The notes: generated by a model not told the origin, from the letters alone. Counted from the first letter of the stretch, positions 1 through 10,888 are shown. The stretch: 64,000 bases of DNA from a bacterium (GCA_963675755.2 CAXXMD010000002.1:2368001-2432000); one strand, 5' to 3'. Program-made: numbers and translations.

Positions 1-118
1 GCATATTCAACTTGCCTACACCAAAATAAACAGAATCCGCGCCAGCCTTGATCGCTGCCATCAGCGACTCAAAAGAACCGGCTGGCGACATAATTTCTAC
101 AGATTTATTATCAATCAT
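1..118 (-). CDS. U32 peptidase-family protein (TrhP/RlhA/UbiU-like), 5' part only, runs off the window edge
   Basis: Manual translation from ATG at 118 gives [39 protein letters not shown], matching the U32 N-terminal motif E-x2-PAG...GAD-x-VY-x-G. The start overlaps the stop of the upstream 61-aa ORF (ATGA). Confidence 0.85.
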   Translation of the reverse strand, partial: MIDNKSVEIMSPAGSFESLMAAIKAGADSVYFGVGKLNM

Positions 119-300
119 TCACTTTTATTGCTTCTATAAAATTGCATCAACAATTCAGATTCCATAGGATTCAGATCAAATTTGGTTATGGCTTCTTCAA
201 TCAGCTTCCATTTATCTTGTCCACTGTTTTCTTCCAGATTCGCTGAAATCCATTTAACAGCTCTTCGGCTGTTATCTCCTTTTGGCATAGCATCTGACAT
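115..300 (-). CDS. Small hypothetical helical protein (61 aa)
   Basis: ORF with AAGGG upstream, lying between the PPIase and U32 genes and translationally coupled to the latter. Confidence 0.7.
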   Translation of the reverse strand: MSDAMPKGDNSRRAVKWISANLEENSGQDKWKLIEEAITKFDLNPMESELLMQFYRSNKSE

Positions 301-333
301 GGTACGCCCTTTCGGTTAATCTAACTGTCCAAG

Positions 334-1368
334 TTATAAAGATTCAACCAGCTCTTTATAATTATATTCTTTTTTCAGTTGTTCTCTCAGCTCTTCTTCT
401 GCGTTATGTCTGGCTCTAAATTCCAATGCCTGCTGCAACCGGTTTTTCACATCTTTAAAATCTCTTTTTTCCTTTTTCCGTTCAATCACCTTTATAAAAT
501 GGTATCCCTGTTCGGTTTCAAAAACATCACTAAACTCACCGACTGGAGTACTGAAAGCCACATTTTCAAAATCTTCAAGCATAATACCACGTGACACATT
601 CGTATAAAGTCCGCCTTTATCTTTGGAGCGATTATCCTCAGAATTATTTTTTATGAGCTCGTCCAAATCTTCACCTGCTTTGGCGCGTTGTAACAGATCC
701 TGCATTTTAGCATAAATCTCTTTTTTCTCTTCATCTGTTTTACCGCCGGTTTTCATCAACATTTGTTGAAATGTAGCCGTCTTTTCTTTATTATATTCAG
801 CTAAAAGTTGTTCTTCTGTGGGTTCCGGAATTTTGCCATACACATATTGATCAAGAAAATTCTTGATCATCAGACTTTCGTTAACATCTTGAAGAAAAAA
901 TTCTTTGGTCATGCCCCGATAGTTCAGATCTTTATAGAAAGCCTCTTCTGTACCCATCGATTTATAGTATGCATTCAACACAGAATCAATCGCTGCCTGT
1001 TCTACAGTAATCTTTTTTGATTTGGCTGCATTAACAAAAACCTGCTTTTCAGCTAAAAATCTGGCGGTCTTTATTACAAGATCATGGGCATATTTTACTT
1101 CCAGCATATCTGTGTTGGTTTCATAGCGTTTCAATTTAGGATAAATAAACGGAATCACCTGACCTGAATAAATGCTGAATTTTTTGGTTGAAATAATTTC
1201 AGTATTTACATCGGGATCCAAAAGTATTGTCTTGTCTTTAATTGAAGACAAGTATTCATACTCTTCTGATCCTTTTTCATAGGGCATTGGCGGGGGTGCA
1301 CTCTTTTTCGAACAGGCACTAAAAACTATCATGATTGCGAATAAAAGAAAAAGAATACGTGATTTCAT
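334..1368 (-). CDS. Parvulin-type peptidyl-prolyl isomerase lipoprotein (PrsA/SurA-like)
   Basis: Lipobox FSAC, SurA-N-like helical region and rotamase motifs (SED..S...GGL; FE..AF; S..FET..GYH.IKV). Start moved to ATG 1368, which has a GGAG RBS. Confidence 0.85.
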   Translation of the reverse strand: MKSRILFLLFAIMIVFSACSKKSAPPPMPYEKGSEEYEYLSSIKDKTILLDPDVNTEIISTKKFSIYSGQVIPFIYPKLKRYETNTDMLEVKYAHDLVIKTARFLAEKQVFVNAAKSKKITVEQAAIDSVLNAYYKSMGTEEAFYKDLNYRGMTKEFFLQDVNESLMIKNFLDQYVYGKIPEPTEEQLLAEYNKEKTATFQQMLMKTGGKTDEEKKEIYAKMQDLLQRAKAGEDLDELIKNNSEDNRSKDKGGLYTNVSRGIMLEDFENVAFSTPVGEFSDVFETEQGYHFIKVIERKKEKRDFKDVKNRLQQALEFRARHNAEEELREQLKKEYNYKELVESL

Positions 1369-1580
1369 AAAAACAACTCCTGTCAAAATTTACAATTTAT
1401 AAAGGTATAAAAAAATAACAGCAAAGCCTACTTTTTTTTGTATTTTTTAAACACATCAGGCTTTAATCGGTTCCCATAAAAAAATAATACTGTATATTGA
1501 CAAATACACTTGAAATACCTAAATTTAAGCAAATTGAAAGATTAATAGATCATGACTCGCTCATACATGGGAAAACATGA

Positions 1581-3749
1581 ATGAAAAATATTCAATTGTT
1601 ACGCATCACCAGTAAAACGCTACTCGTACTCTTGATGGTATTCCTGATCAATTATGTGTCAGCAGCCGTTCTGCAAAAAATCCCCTATACCTGGGACAAT
1701 GTTGCGATTGGAGGCGGAGGCTCTGTTCCGGGATTGATTATACATCCTCAAATAAGAAACCTGGTTTATATCCGTACTGATATGGGCAGCATGTATCGCT
1801 GGGAAGCCCAATCAGCCAAATGGATTCCAATATGGTTATGGCCCTCACTGGATGAATGGAACCTCACTTCCGTAGCAAGCTTTGCTATTGCTCCATCTGA
1901 TACAACCGGAAATATTATATATGCGGCAGCCGGCAAATATGCAGACAATAATGCCACACCCAAACTGGGTGAAATTTACAAATCTACAGACCGGGGAGAA
2001 ACCTGGAAAGCAACAGGCTTGAAAGCCCATATTGCTTCCAACTGGGATCAGCGATTTGGTGAGCGACTCAATGTCGACCCTCATAATGCTGACCATGTAT
2101 ATTTTGCGTCAAGAATGGACGGACTTTTTAAAAGTGAAAACGGTGGAAAAACTTGGAACAAAATCCAGGAAGCCCCAAACGGCAACAATTACGAAGCCAG
2201 TGCGCAAAACCAGCGCGGCCTGACCTTTCTGGTATTTGACTCCCGTTCAGGAGAAAAAGGGCTGTGTTGTAAAATGCTGTATCTTGGCGCCTGGCGCAAT
2301 GGCGTTTACCGAAGCACTGATGGTGGCGCTACCTGGTCAAAACTGCCCGGAAGCCCTGAGCGTTCTTTTAGAGCAACTGTAGATTCAAAAGGAAGATTAT
2401 ATGTAACGCACCGTTATGGACTGGCAAAATTTGACGGTGCCAAATGGACTGACATAACTCCAACAGCTTTTAAAGATAAACGGTTCGCTGCTGTTGCGGT
2501 AGATCCATCAAACGCCGACCATTTATTAACAGCTCCCAATGAATGGGCGCACAATATGCCTATTTTTCGCAGTACGGATGGGGGTACAACCTGGACAAAA
2601 ATTAAATTCAAAGTGGTTAATGATGTACCCTGGCGCCCCAAAGATCACTGGGCATCGGCAGTGTTTACCCTCACTTTTGATCCACACGATCCCAAAGGAG
2701 CAGGGTATTCGGATTGGTATCATTCATGGATGACTCCGGATATAACCGCAGATGTAACAGAATGGTATACATTTGAAAGAGGCCACGAAGCGTTAACACC
2801 TGTAGCCATGGCATCTCCTTCAGACGGGAATGTAGTGCTTTATACAGGAATTCCTGACATTGGAGGTTTTGATCATACCTCTGTAACCGAGTTTCCCAAA
2901 CAAACCATTCGCAGTAAAGGCCTTGAACGGACATCAACAACCAGTATCGATTTTGCAGCTAATGATCCCGAGTTTGTTGTACGCGCAAATGCCAAAGATT
3001 GGGGTGATTTTGGCGAAATTGGTTGTGCCTTCACCTATGATGCAGGTGCAACATGGGAAGTCATGCCCACAAAACCTTTTGAAGAGGCTACCGGGGGCAG
3101 GGTTGCGGTTTCTGCAACCGGAGATCGTGTTGTTTGGATGCCTCAGGAATCCTGCATGTTTTACACCAAAGACCTTGGCGAAAACTGGCGCGAAACCTAT
3201 GGTGCACCGGAAAATCTGGTAAACCAGTTTACATCTACACGACTGCCTTTGGCATCAGACCGGGTATTGAACAATGTTTTTTATGTATATGCGAATGGCA
3301 AGTTTTATCGCAGTGACAATGGGGCCGAGTTATGGGAACAGGTTGGAGTCGTAATAGAAGGTGAAGATCAGCACCCCATTCTTCGTGCCGCCCCCTCCAT
3401 GCCGCATGAAGTCTGGATCAGTCTCAACAAAGACGGATTATGGCGTTCTAACGATGGTGGTGAAACCTTTGAAAAAATACCGGGCGTTACCCAATCCATG
3501 TTGTTTGATTTTGGTAAAAATCCTCCCGGTAAAATGCATCCTACAGTATATGTTTTTGGGAAAATTTATGACAGAGAAGGTATTTATCGTTCAGATGATA
3601 TGGGTAAGAATTGGCACAGAATCGATACATTTCCGAATCCCGCATTAGGCGCACAGCCAAACACATTATGTGCAGATCAACAGGTTTATGGACGTGTTTA
3701 TATTGGGACCAATGGTACGGGTATTTTCTATGGAGAGCCGGTAAAATAA
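1581..3749 (+). CDS. Secreted GH74-like (xyloglucanase-family) glycoside hydrolase with BNR/Asp-box repeats
   Basis: Signal peptide; YTWDNVAIGGGG, RTDMG and DIGGF (GH74 catalytic Asp contexts); many S-x-D-G-G-x-T-W repeats; C-terminal GRVYIGTNG.GI.YG. Confidence 0.85.
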   Translation: MKNIQLLRITSKTLLVLLMVFLINYVSAAVLQKIPYTWDNVAIGGGGSVPGLIIHPQIRNLVYIRTDMGSMYRWEAQSAKWIPIWLWPSLDEWNLTSVASFAIAPSDTTGNIIYAAAGKYADNNATPKLGEIYKSTDRGETWKATGLKAHIASNWDQRFGERLNVDPHNADHVYFASRMDGLFKSENGGKTWNKIQEAPNGNNYEASAQNQRGLTFLVFDSRSGEKGLCCKMLYLGAWRNGVYRSTDGGATWSKLPGSPERSFRATVDSKGRLYVTHRYGLAKFDGAKWTDITPTAFKDKRFAAVAVDPSNADHLLTAPNEWAHNMPIFRSTDGGTTWTKIKFKVVNDVPWRPKDHWASAVFTLTFDPHDPKGAGYSDWYHSWMTPDITADVTEWYTFERGHEALTPVAMASPSDGNVVLYTGIPDIGGFDHTSVTEFPKQTIRSKGLERTSTTSIDFAANDPEFVVRANAKDWGDFGEIGCAFTYDAGATWEVMPTKPFEEATGGRVAVSATGDRVVWMPQESCMFYTKDLGENWRETYGAPENLVNQFTSTRLPLASDRVLNNVFYVYANGKFYRSDNGAELWEQVGVVIEGEDQHPILRAAPSMPHEVWISLNKDGLWRSNDGGETFEKIPGVTQSMLFDFGKNPPGKMHPTVYVFGKIYDREGIYRSDDMGKNWHRIDTFPNPALGAQPNTLCADQQVYGRVYIGTNGTGIFYGEPVK

Positions 3750-3803
3750 CAATTAAAGGATTGCAATAAAGCAGAGTTGTTAAATAAATTAAAAACATAG
3801 AAC

Positions 3804-3835
3804 AAAAAAAAGGCCTGATCTCTCAGGCCTTTTTT
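3804..3835. terminator. Bidirectional intrinsic terminator
   Basis: A8-GGCCTGA-TCTC-TCAGGCC-T6 between convergent genes. Confidence 0.85.
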
Positions 3836-3839
3836 ATAA

Positions 3840-4769
3840 TTATCCCAGCTTTGCCTGGGCTTTTGCAATCATTTCATTAAACAGTGCAAGCTGTTCCTGC
3901 ATTGCCACTACCCTATCAGCGGGTTCGGTACGGGCTTCTAACAAAAGATAACCTTTATAATCCATGGCAACAAACAGATCCATCAACTGCTGGTATGGAT
4001 AATCACCCACGTTCAGTTCACGGATATGTACAGTATCACCAAAATCTTTTTTCAACAGGTTGAAATTATATTCCAGGCCCTGTCCTTCAAGATCTTGCTC
4101 ATTACAATTCCAGCACATGAAAACATTGGGTTGATCCACATGATCAAAAATTGCTCTCATGTTTACCGGTTTTTGAGTCAAACGACCATGTACTTCAACA
4201 CGGATTTTCTGTCCATAATCAGCAGCATATTTACCGATATTATTCAGAGATTTGCCAATTTGTTCAATTGTTTTCTCAGCAGGTACTTCTTCGGGTAAAA
4301 AGTTGGGTTTAACTTTAACACCGGTTGCGCCTATATCATGACACAATTTGATCAATTCATATGTACCTTCAATATTTTCCTGTAATTTGGCAGGATCAGG
4401 TGAATGATATTCCTGATTAGAACCATAACCTACACATACAACCGGACTGTCTGCAAAACGTTTTTTCACTTCTTCTCTTTCAGCCGCAGATAATGTAGGT
4501 TCAACACCATGTGCATGATGAGTGCGCAATTCAACTGATGAAAAATTTGCTTTTTCACAATTTGCAATCAAAGTGGGTAAATCCCAATCTTTACCCCATT
4601 GATAAGTTACAAGGCCCAACTCCATACCTGCACCCGGTTTAACGATAGTTTTTGTAGAACATGCAGTCAAAGAGCCGGCAGCTACCATACCCAATCCGGC
4701 AATAGAAGTCTTTGCCAGAAAATCTCTACGTGACAATGAATCCTTTTTGTTGATCATCCTTTCCTCCAT
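3840..4769 (-). CDS. Tat-exported sugar phosphate isomerase/epimerase (xylose isomerase-like TIM barrel)
   Basis: SRRDFL twin-arginine motif; VEVH, VH and LE metal-ligand pattern of the AP_endonuc_2 family. Confidence 0.75.
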   Translation of the reverse strand: MEERMINKKDSLSRRDFLAKTSIAGLGMVAAGSLTACSTKTIVKPGAGMELGLVTYQWGKDWDLPTLIANCEKANFSSVELRTHHAHGVEPTLSAAEREEVKKRFADSPVVCVGYGSNQEYHSPDPAKLQENIEGTYELIKLCHDIGATGVKVKPNFLPEEVPAEKTIEQIGKSLNNIGKYAADYGQKIRVEVHGRLTQKPVNMRAIFDHVDQPNVFMCWNCNEQDLEGQGLEYNFNLLKKDFGDTVHIRELNVGDYPYQQLMDLFVAMDYKGYLLLEARTEPADRVVAMQEQLALFNEMIAKAQAKLG

Positions 4770-4879
4770 AAAAATTTTCAGCCTTTATAAATAAAATCTT
4801 GTATTCAAACACTAAATTAATATAATAAAAAAAATAATAAATGCATCATTTTTTTGAACCGGTTCAGAAAAAATACTTG

Positions 4880-6325
4880 TCATTTTTCAAATTTAAAAGA
4901 GTATATATCTGCATCCTTGAAAGCAAATCGTAATCGAATTGGTTTTCCCTGCAGTGTTTTTAATTGCGCATCACCCTTCCAGCTGATTGTTCTGTTTATT
5001 TCATTCCCAATAATGGTCTGACAATCATCCAGTGCGAGCCCTTGAATAGCATTCCCGCTTTCATCCTGAATCTCTATCCGGATCTCTCCTGCCGCCGATG
5101 TTGAATAATTTAACAACAATTTGCTGCCCTCAAATATTAGAGACTTTGTGATAAATTCTGCCCCCGCATATGGGGCCTGAATTGAACTGAAACCATCCAG
5201 ACGCATAGAATACCGATGTATATTTGCTGTGGGTTGAGCATAATTTTGGTTCACATACACAGACATTTCATTATCACCGGTTTGAACGATATTTAAAACA
5301 GGATAATTGGAACGAGACACCCAATTCTCAAAACCAATTCCGGGACGAATAAAAGATTCCATAAATGTGCGGTCATATATACTCCCGCCACGCGAAGTCA
5401 TGAATATTGCATCGGAACAGTCTTTATAATATTTGGGATCCACATTGAATGCCTGTGCCTGTTCTTGTGTCAAAACCTGTTTATCCGGCATAAAGCGCGC
5501 ACCAATGGCAACATAAAGATGCGGTGCTCTGAAATATGGACTTGTTTGCTGGGTATAAAGATGCTCATATGGTGTATCTCCAAAAGTCATGGCAACCGGT
5601 TCGGTCCAATTGATAAAGTCTTTTGATGTGGTACGGCTCACAGACCTAAAACCTTTATAGCCATCACCTGTCCATTCACGAAAATAGAGTATATAACACT
5701 GTTCACTTTTAGACCAAAACACAACATTCTGAGAATCAAACTTGCCGTCACTGAAAACCGCTTCATTTTGCATTTTTTGCCAATGGATTCCATCCTTTGA
5801 TACATAAGGAATCATACCGCTTTTGCTGGTTCCACCCAGGGCTTTATAACGCTGATTTTCATCGCAATTGGGATTGGTATCCCAAAAGGGACTAAAATTA
5901 TGTGTCACCGGTGCGGCATTAAACAAAATCACATTATTCTTTCGGGTGCCATGAATTTCATAAATCCCCAGATCCGGTTTGGTCCAGTTAATACCGTCTT
6001 TAGATTCCGCATAACAGGTGGTCTCAAGATCAGACCCATCTTTTCCGGCTTTTGGCAGGCCCCTGTAATACAACTGATACAAATCATCATGATGGATGAT
6101 TGTGCAATACCCGCAAAACGCACCTTCCCAGGGATAATCAAATTGCAGTACCGGCCCTTCATCACGGGGAGTATGCATTACTAACCGGCAGTTGTCCATC
6201 TTTTCAATGAGATAATGATCTACAAACAATTCACGGTGATCCAGAATATTCAAGGGCTGGGCCGTTAAATTATGGATTAAAGTGAAAAATAGTAGAATGA
6301 TTATACGACGAGCAGACCGAATCAT
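4880..6325 (-). CDS. Secreted five-bladed beta-propeller glycoside hydrolase-like protein
   Basis: Signal peptide; RELFVD, YAESKDGINWTKP, FDSQN and RLDGF motifs typical of this uncharacterised GH32/43-like group. Start ATG 6325 follows GGAGG. Confidence 0.7.
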   Translation of the reverse strand: MIRSARRIIILLFFTLIHNLTAQPLNILDHRELFVDHYLIEKMDNCRLVMHTPRDEGPVLQFDYPWEGAFCGYCTIIHHDDLYQLYYRGLPKAGKDGSDLETTCYAESKDGINWTKPDLGIYEIHGTRKNNVILFNAAPVTHNFSPFWDTNPNCDENQRYKALGGTSKSGMIPYVSKDGIHWQKMQNEAVFSDGKFDSQNVVFWSKSEQCYILYFREWTGDGYKGFRSVSRTTSKDFINWTEPVAMTFGDTPYEHLYTQQTSPYFRAPHLYVAIGARFMPDKQVLTQEQAQAFNVDPKYYKDCSDAIFMTSRGGSIYDRTFMESFIRPGIGFENWVSRSNYPVLNIVQTGDNEMSVYVNQNYAQPTANIHRYSMRLDGFSSIQAPYAGAEFITKSLIFEGSKLLLNYSTSAAGEIRIEIQDESGNAIQGLALDDCQTIIGNEINRTISWKGDAQLKTLQGKPIRLRFAFKDADIYSFKFEK

Positions 6326-6517
6326 TAAACATCCTCCCAACAAAAAAGTATGGTTTTGTAAATAAATAATATCAGTCTAGTATAACTACAAGGTGTGAAC
6401 AAATCAAGCAGAAACTGGGTATTTCAATCAATTTTAATTCAATCCCTTGAAATAAATATCAAAATCAAAATTGTTGTATGTAGACTAAAGTAATAGAATC
6501 CCGTACAGGAGCAATTT

Positions 6518-7627
6518 ATGAAAAAACTAGTGTTCATTTTATCTCTTTTTATTATATATGGTCACTCTCTTGCTCAAGATATTATCAAACCCCTGGCCAT
6601 AGGCTCCTCTGCACCGAGTTTTTCACTGCAGGGTATAGATGATAAAACTTGGTCATTAAAAGATTTTGACCAGTCTGACATACTGGTTGTCATATTTACC
6701 TGCAATCACTGTCCTACTGCACAGGCCTATGAACAGCGGATTATCAATCTGGTAAATGATTACAAATCCCAAAACGTTGCCTTTGTTGCCATCTCTCCCA
6801 ATGATCCCCTTGCCATCAGGCTCGACGAGCTCGGTTATACCGACCTGAATGATGATTTTAAAGCTATGAAAATCCGTGCAAAGGAACGCGGATTCAACTT
6901 TCCCTACTTGTATGATGGAGATGAGCAAAGAGTATCCAAACAGTTTGGCCCCACGGCAACACCGCATGTATTTATTTTCAACAAATCCCGCAAATTGGTT
7001 TATCAAGGGCGGATAGACGATTCAGAAAAATCTGAAAAAATAACCACCCGTGATACGCGCAATGCGCTTGACGCGTTATTAAAAGGCAAATCCGTTCCGG
7101 TAGAAAGCACAAAAACATTTGGGTGTTCTATAAAATGGGCAGACAAGCGTGCATCTGTTACAAAAGCACAACAGGCATGGGAGCAGGAAATAGCAGAAAT
7201 AACCCCAATATCGCTTCAAAATATTACCGATCTAATGAAAAATCCTTCTGAGAATTATATTCTGCTAAACATGTGGGCAACCTGGTGTGGCCCTTGTGTT
7301 GTGGAATTGCCTGAATTGGTAGATATTCACCGCATGTACCGCAACCGTAATTTTAGGTTAATTACGATTAGTGTAGATGACATGAATAACCGGGAAAGGG
7401 CACATAGATTTCTACAGAACAGACAGGCATCTATGACAAATTACATATCAGAATCTGACAACATTTATAAATTGATTGAAATTGTTGATCCCCAGTGGCA
7501 GGGTGCCATACCCTATACCGTACTCATAGCTCCCGGAGGAGAGATTGTATACAGACATAGCGGTATAATAGATGAAACACTGGAAATAAAACGTGAAATA
7601 GTAAACAGGTTGGGAAGAACCTATTAA
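6518..7627 (+). CDS. Secreted redoxin with tandem thioredoxin-fold domains (AhpC/TSA-like plus TlpA-like)
   Basis: FTCNHCP and WATWCGPC CxxC motifs; signal peptide; AGGAG RBS. Confidence 0.85.
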   Translation: MKKLVFILSLFIIYGHSLAQDIIKPLAIGSSAPSFSLQGIDDKTWSLKDFDQSDILVVIFTCNHCPTAQAYEQRIINLVNDYKSQNVAFVAISPNDPLAIRLDELGYTDLNDDFKAMKIRAKERGFNFPYLYDGDEQRVSKQFGPTATPHVFIFNKSRKLVYQGRIDDSEKSEKITTRDTRNALDALLKGKSVPVESTKTFGCSIKWADKRASVTKAQQAWEQEIAEITPISLQNITDLMKNPSENYILLNMWATWCGPCVVELPELVDIHRMYRNRNFRLITISVDDMNNRERAHRFLQNRQASMTNYISESDNIYKLIEIVDPQWQGAIPYTVLIAPGGEIVYRHSGIIDETLEIKREIVNRLGRTY

Positions 7628-7719
7628 ACCTGCATAACAGACTTGGATTATTTATAAAAATTTTTATATTTCAAACTGAAAGAGTAATCAACAAACAAAA
7701 AAATAAACTTGGAGTAAAC

Positions 7720-7935
7720 ATGTCAAACGGTAATGTATACGGAAAAATGGAACTTACAGGTACTTCCCCTGAAGGTATTGAAAAAGCTGTTCAGGTAGCA
7801 CTAGATAAAGCAGCAGAAAAAGTAAAACATATCCGCTGGTTTGAAGTAGTAGAAACACGCGGCTATGTTGAAGAAAACAATGTGGCTTACTGGCAGGTAA
7901 CAATCAAGGTTGGCTACAATTTGGAAGATTTCTAA
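7720..7935 (+). CDS. Dodecin (flavin-binding protein)
   Basis: 71 aa with VY..ELTGTS, IRWFEVVETRG and WQVTIKVG signature. Confidence 0.9.
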   Translation: MSNGNVYGKMELTGTSPEGIEKAVQVALDKAAEKVKHIRWFEVVETRGYVEENNVAYWQVTIKVGYNLEDF

Positions 7936-7937
7936 AC

Positions 7938-7969
7938 AAAAAAGCCCCGGGTGCTTGCCCGGGGCTTTT
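7938..7969. terminator. Bidirectional intrinsic terminator
   Basis: AAAAGCCCCGGG-TGCTTG-CCCGGGGCTTTT between convergent dodecin and gltA. Confidence 0.85.
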
Positions 7970-7970
7970 A

Positions 7971-9317
7971 TTATTTTCTCTCATTCAAGGGAACATATTT
8001 GTGAAATTCCCCGACATGTTTATATGCGGGACGAATAATACGATTTCCATTCATCAATTCTTCAATACGGTGCGAGCACCAGCCCACTACCCTTGCCATA
8101 GCAAATAGAGGTGTATAAATTTCTTTTGGGAATCCCAAAAGATCATATACAAAGCCAGAATAAAAATCCACATTGGGTGAAATAACCTTTGATGATCCTT
8201 TCAACTCCTGGAATAATGCGGGTGTTAATTGTTCAATGGCATCATAAAGATAAAACTCATCACTTCTGCCTTTGGCCTCAGCAAGCTCTTTGGCTTTTTG
8301 TTTTAGTATAATAGCACGGGGATCGGATTTTGTATATACAGCATGTCCCATACCATAAACCAAACCTTGGCCGTCGTGTGCTTCTTTATTAAGTATCTTT
8401 GTCAGATAGGCTTTCACCTCATCCTGATCATCCCATTTTTTTACATTCTCTTTAATATTGTTCATCATATCCATAACATATGAATTCGCAGCACCGTGCA
8501 GAGGGCCTTTCAAAGAGCCAACAGCCGCAGAGATTGCAGAATATGTATCAGTATGGCTGGAAGTAACCACATGGGTAGTAAAAGTTGAATTGTTACCACC
8601 ACCATGGTCAGCATGAAGCACCAGGGCCAGATCCAGTAAATCCGCTTCAAGCTGGGTATAAGATTTATCTGGACGAAGCATGGATAAAAAGTTCTCCGCA
8701 CAACACAAATCAGTATTTGGCGGATGAACAATCAAAGTCTCTCCATGAAGCTTGTGACGAAGAGCCTGATAAGAATATGCAATAATAACTGCAAATTTTG
8801 CGATTAAATTGATAGACTGATAGATCACGTTAGGGATGGATATATCATCAGGATTTTTATCTAATCCATAAAGTACCAGAATCACACGCTGCAATTTATT
8901 CATCACACTGGGACTCGGGAATTGCAAAATGGTCAATTCGTTCAATCTTGGAGGCAATGGTACAAGGGGATTTATGACTTCCCGAAATGCAGCCAATTCT
9001 TCTTCATTTGGTAAATAACCAAATAATAATAAATAAGCAACTTCGGTAAAACCATGGCGTTTTTCCTGCTGTATTCCATTAGCAATATCTTGAATACTGA
9101 TACCCCTATAATACAATTCACCATCAACAGGAACAACTTCTTCATCTACTACTTTGAATCCAATAACACTTGAAATCTTTGTCAAACCAACAAGAACACC
9201 AGAACCATCGTCATTTCGTAAGCCACGCTTTACAGAAAATTTGGTATACAAATCTCTGTTAATAAGCACGTTATCTTCGATTTTCTTGGAGACATGTTCA
9301 ATAAAATCTGTTTTCAT
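7971..9317 (-). CDS. gltA: Citrate (2-methylcitrate) synthase
   Basis: LHADHGGGNNSTF, GPLHGAAN, GMGHAVY..SDPRA and PNVDFYSG motifs. Confidence 0.92.
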   Translation of the reverse strand: MKTDFIEHVSKKIEDNVLINRDLYTKFSVKRGLRNDDGSGVLVGLTKISSVIGFKVVDEEVVPVDGELYYRGISIQDIANGIQQEKRHGFTEVAYLLLFGYLPNEEELAAFREVINPLVPLPPRLNELTILQFPSPSVMNKLQRVILVLYGLDKNPDDISIPNVIYQSINLIAKFAVIIAYSYQALRHKLHGETLIVHPPNTDLCCAENFLSMLRPDKSYTQLEADLLDLALVLHADHGGGNNSTFTTHVVTSSHTDTYSAISAAVGSLKGPLHGAANSYVMDMMNNIKENVKKWDDQDEVKAYLTKILNKEAHDGQGLVYGMGHAVYTKSDPRAIILKQKAKELAEAKGRSDEFYLYDAIEQLTPALFQELKGSSKVISPNVDFYSGFVYDLLGFPKEIYTPLFAMARVVGWCSHRIEELMNGNRIIRPAYKHVGEFHKYVPLNERK

Positions 9318-9431
9318 GGTTTCCTCCCAATGATTTATCCCTTTTATATCAATGTATTATAGATTGCCATACAAAGCAATATTAAAATTAAAAAATTGCA
9401 GAAAAAACGAAAAGTGAGTAAAACCACTCTG

Positions 9432-9459
9432 AAAAATGGACCCGTTTTTCACGGGCCCA
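9432..9459 (-). terminator. Intrinsic terminator after lpdA
   Basis: Minus strand reads TGGGCCCGT-GAAAA-ACGGGTCCA-TTTTT. Confidence 0.7.
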
Positions 9460-9469
9460 CTATATTTTT

Positions 9470-10888
9470 TTATTTTCTCTTGGGTCGATAGACATGAGTA
9501 CTGGTACCAAACAGCATCTCTGCTGTTTCCATTACCGTCTCTGAAAGTGTAGGATGTGGATGTATGCTGAGTTTCAAGTCTGTTGCGTTTGCGGCCATTT
9601 CAATTGCAAGAACGCCTTCTGCAATCAATTCACCCGCTCCGGCCCCAACAACGCCCATTCCAAGCACACGCTCGGATTCGGGATCAACAATCAACTTTGT
9701 CATACCATCAAGCCGGTCCATGGTTAGCGCCCTTCCCGAGGCAGCCCATGGAAAACGAAAAACCTGAACATCGCGTTTTTGTTCTTTGGCTTGTGTTTCA
9801 GTCAAACCTGCCCACGCCAGCTCAGGATCTGTAAAAACAACGGCAGGTATGGCACGTGGTTCAAAAGTGGCTTTATGCCCGGCAATGGCCTCTACAGCCA
9901 CATGTCCCTCATGCGAGGCTTTATGAGCAAGCATAGGTTCTCCGGCTATATCACCAATTGCAAAGATATTGGGTTCGTCGGTTCTGCGTTGTAAATCTAC
10001 TTTGACAAATCCGCGTTCATCCAGCTGAATTTTTGTATTTTCAAGTCCCAGGTTCTCATTATTGGGCCTGCGACCGATTGTCATTAGTACACGATCAAAT
10101 TTCTGTTCAGGATTTTCGAGTTTTTCACCTTCAAATTTGACAGAAATCTGATTTTTCACTTCTTTCATCTCAACAACTTTGGTGTTCAGCAAAATGGATT
10201 CAAATTTTTCGTCTAATCCTTTTTGCAGAATCCTTACCATGTCGCGATCAGCTCCCGGTAGCAATCCGGATGTCATTTCAACTACCGTAACTTTGCTGCC
10301 TAATGCGGCATAGACGGTACCCATTTCAAGGCCAATATATCCTCCACCAATTACCAACAGTTTCTCAGGCACGTCTTCAAGTTCAAGTGCACCGGTAGAA
10401 TCCATCACTCTTGGGGTATCGAGCGAAAGCGATGGAATACTTACAGGCCGTGATCCGGTGGCAAGTATTGCATATTCAAAATCCATTTTGGATTTTTTAC
10501 CATCATTATCAGTAATTTCCAGAGTCGTATTATTTACAAAAACAGCACGACCCTGAACATGATTAATCTTGCGTTGCTTAACCAGTTGGCCCAGCCCGCC
10601 GGTAAGTTTATCTACAACACTTTGTTTCCAGGTTCTTAATTTATCTATATCAATTTTAGGCGGTTGGAACTCTATGCCCCAGGCCGACGACTCTTTTGAT
10701 TCGTTTATCAGTTTGGCCGTATGCAGCAATGCCTTTGAAGGGATACATCCTCTGTACAGACATACACCTCCGGGATTCACTGCGGGGTCTACCAATGTAA
10801 CATCCATACCCAGATCAGCAGCCATAAATGCCGCTGCGTAACCACCGGGTCCGCCTCCAATTACTACAACACGTTTGGTGTCACTCAT
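9470..10888 (-). CDS. lpdA: Dihydrolipoamide dehydrogenase (E3)
   Basis: GGGPGG FAD motif, GGVCLYRGCIPSK redox disulfide, HPHPTLSE. Confidence 0.95.
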   Translation of the reverse strand: MSDTKRVVVIGGGPGGYAAAFMAADLGMDVTLVDPAVNPGGVCLYRGCIPSKALLHTAKLINESKESSAWGIEFQPPKIDIDKLRTWKQSVVDKLTGGLGQLVKQRKINHVQGRAVFVNNTTLEITDNDGKKSKMDFEYAILATGSRPVSIPSLSLDTPRVMDSTGALELEDVPEKLLVIGGGYIGLEMGTVYAALGSKVTVVEMTSGLLPGADRDMVRILQKGLDEKFESILLNTKVVEMKEVKNQISVKFEGEKLENPEQKFDRVLMTIGRRPNNENLGLENTKIQLDERGFVKVDLQRRTDEPNIFAIGDIAGEPMLAHKASHEGHVAVEAIAGHKATFEPRAIPAVVFTDPELAWAGLTETQAKEQKRDVQVFRFPWAASGRALTMDRLDGMTKLIVDPESERVLGMGVVGAGAGELIAEGVLAIEMAANATDLKLSIHPHPTLSETVMETAEMLFGTSTHVYRPKRK

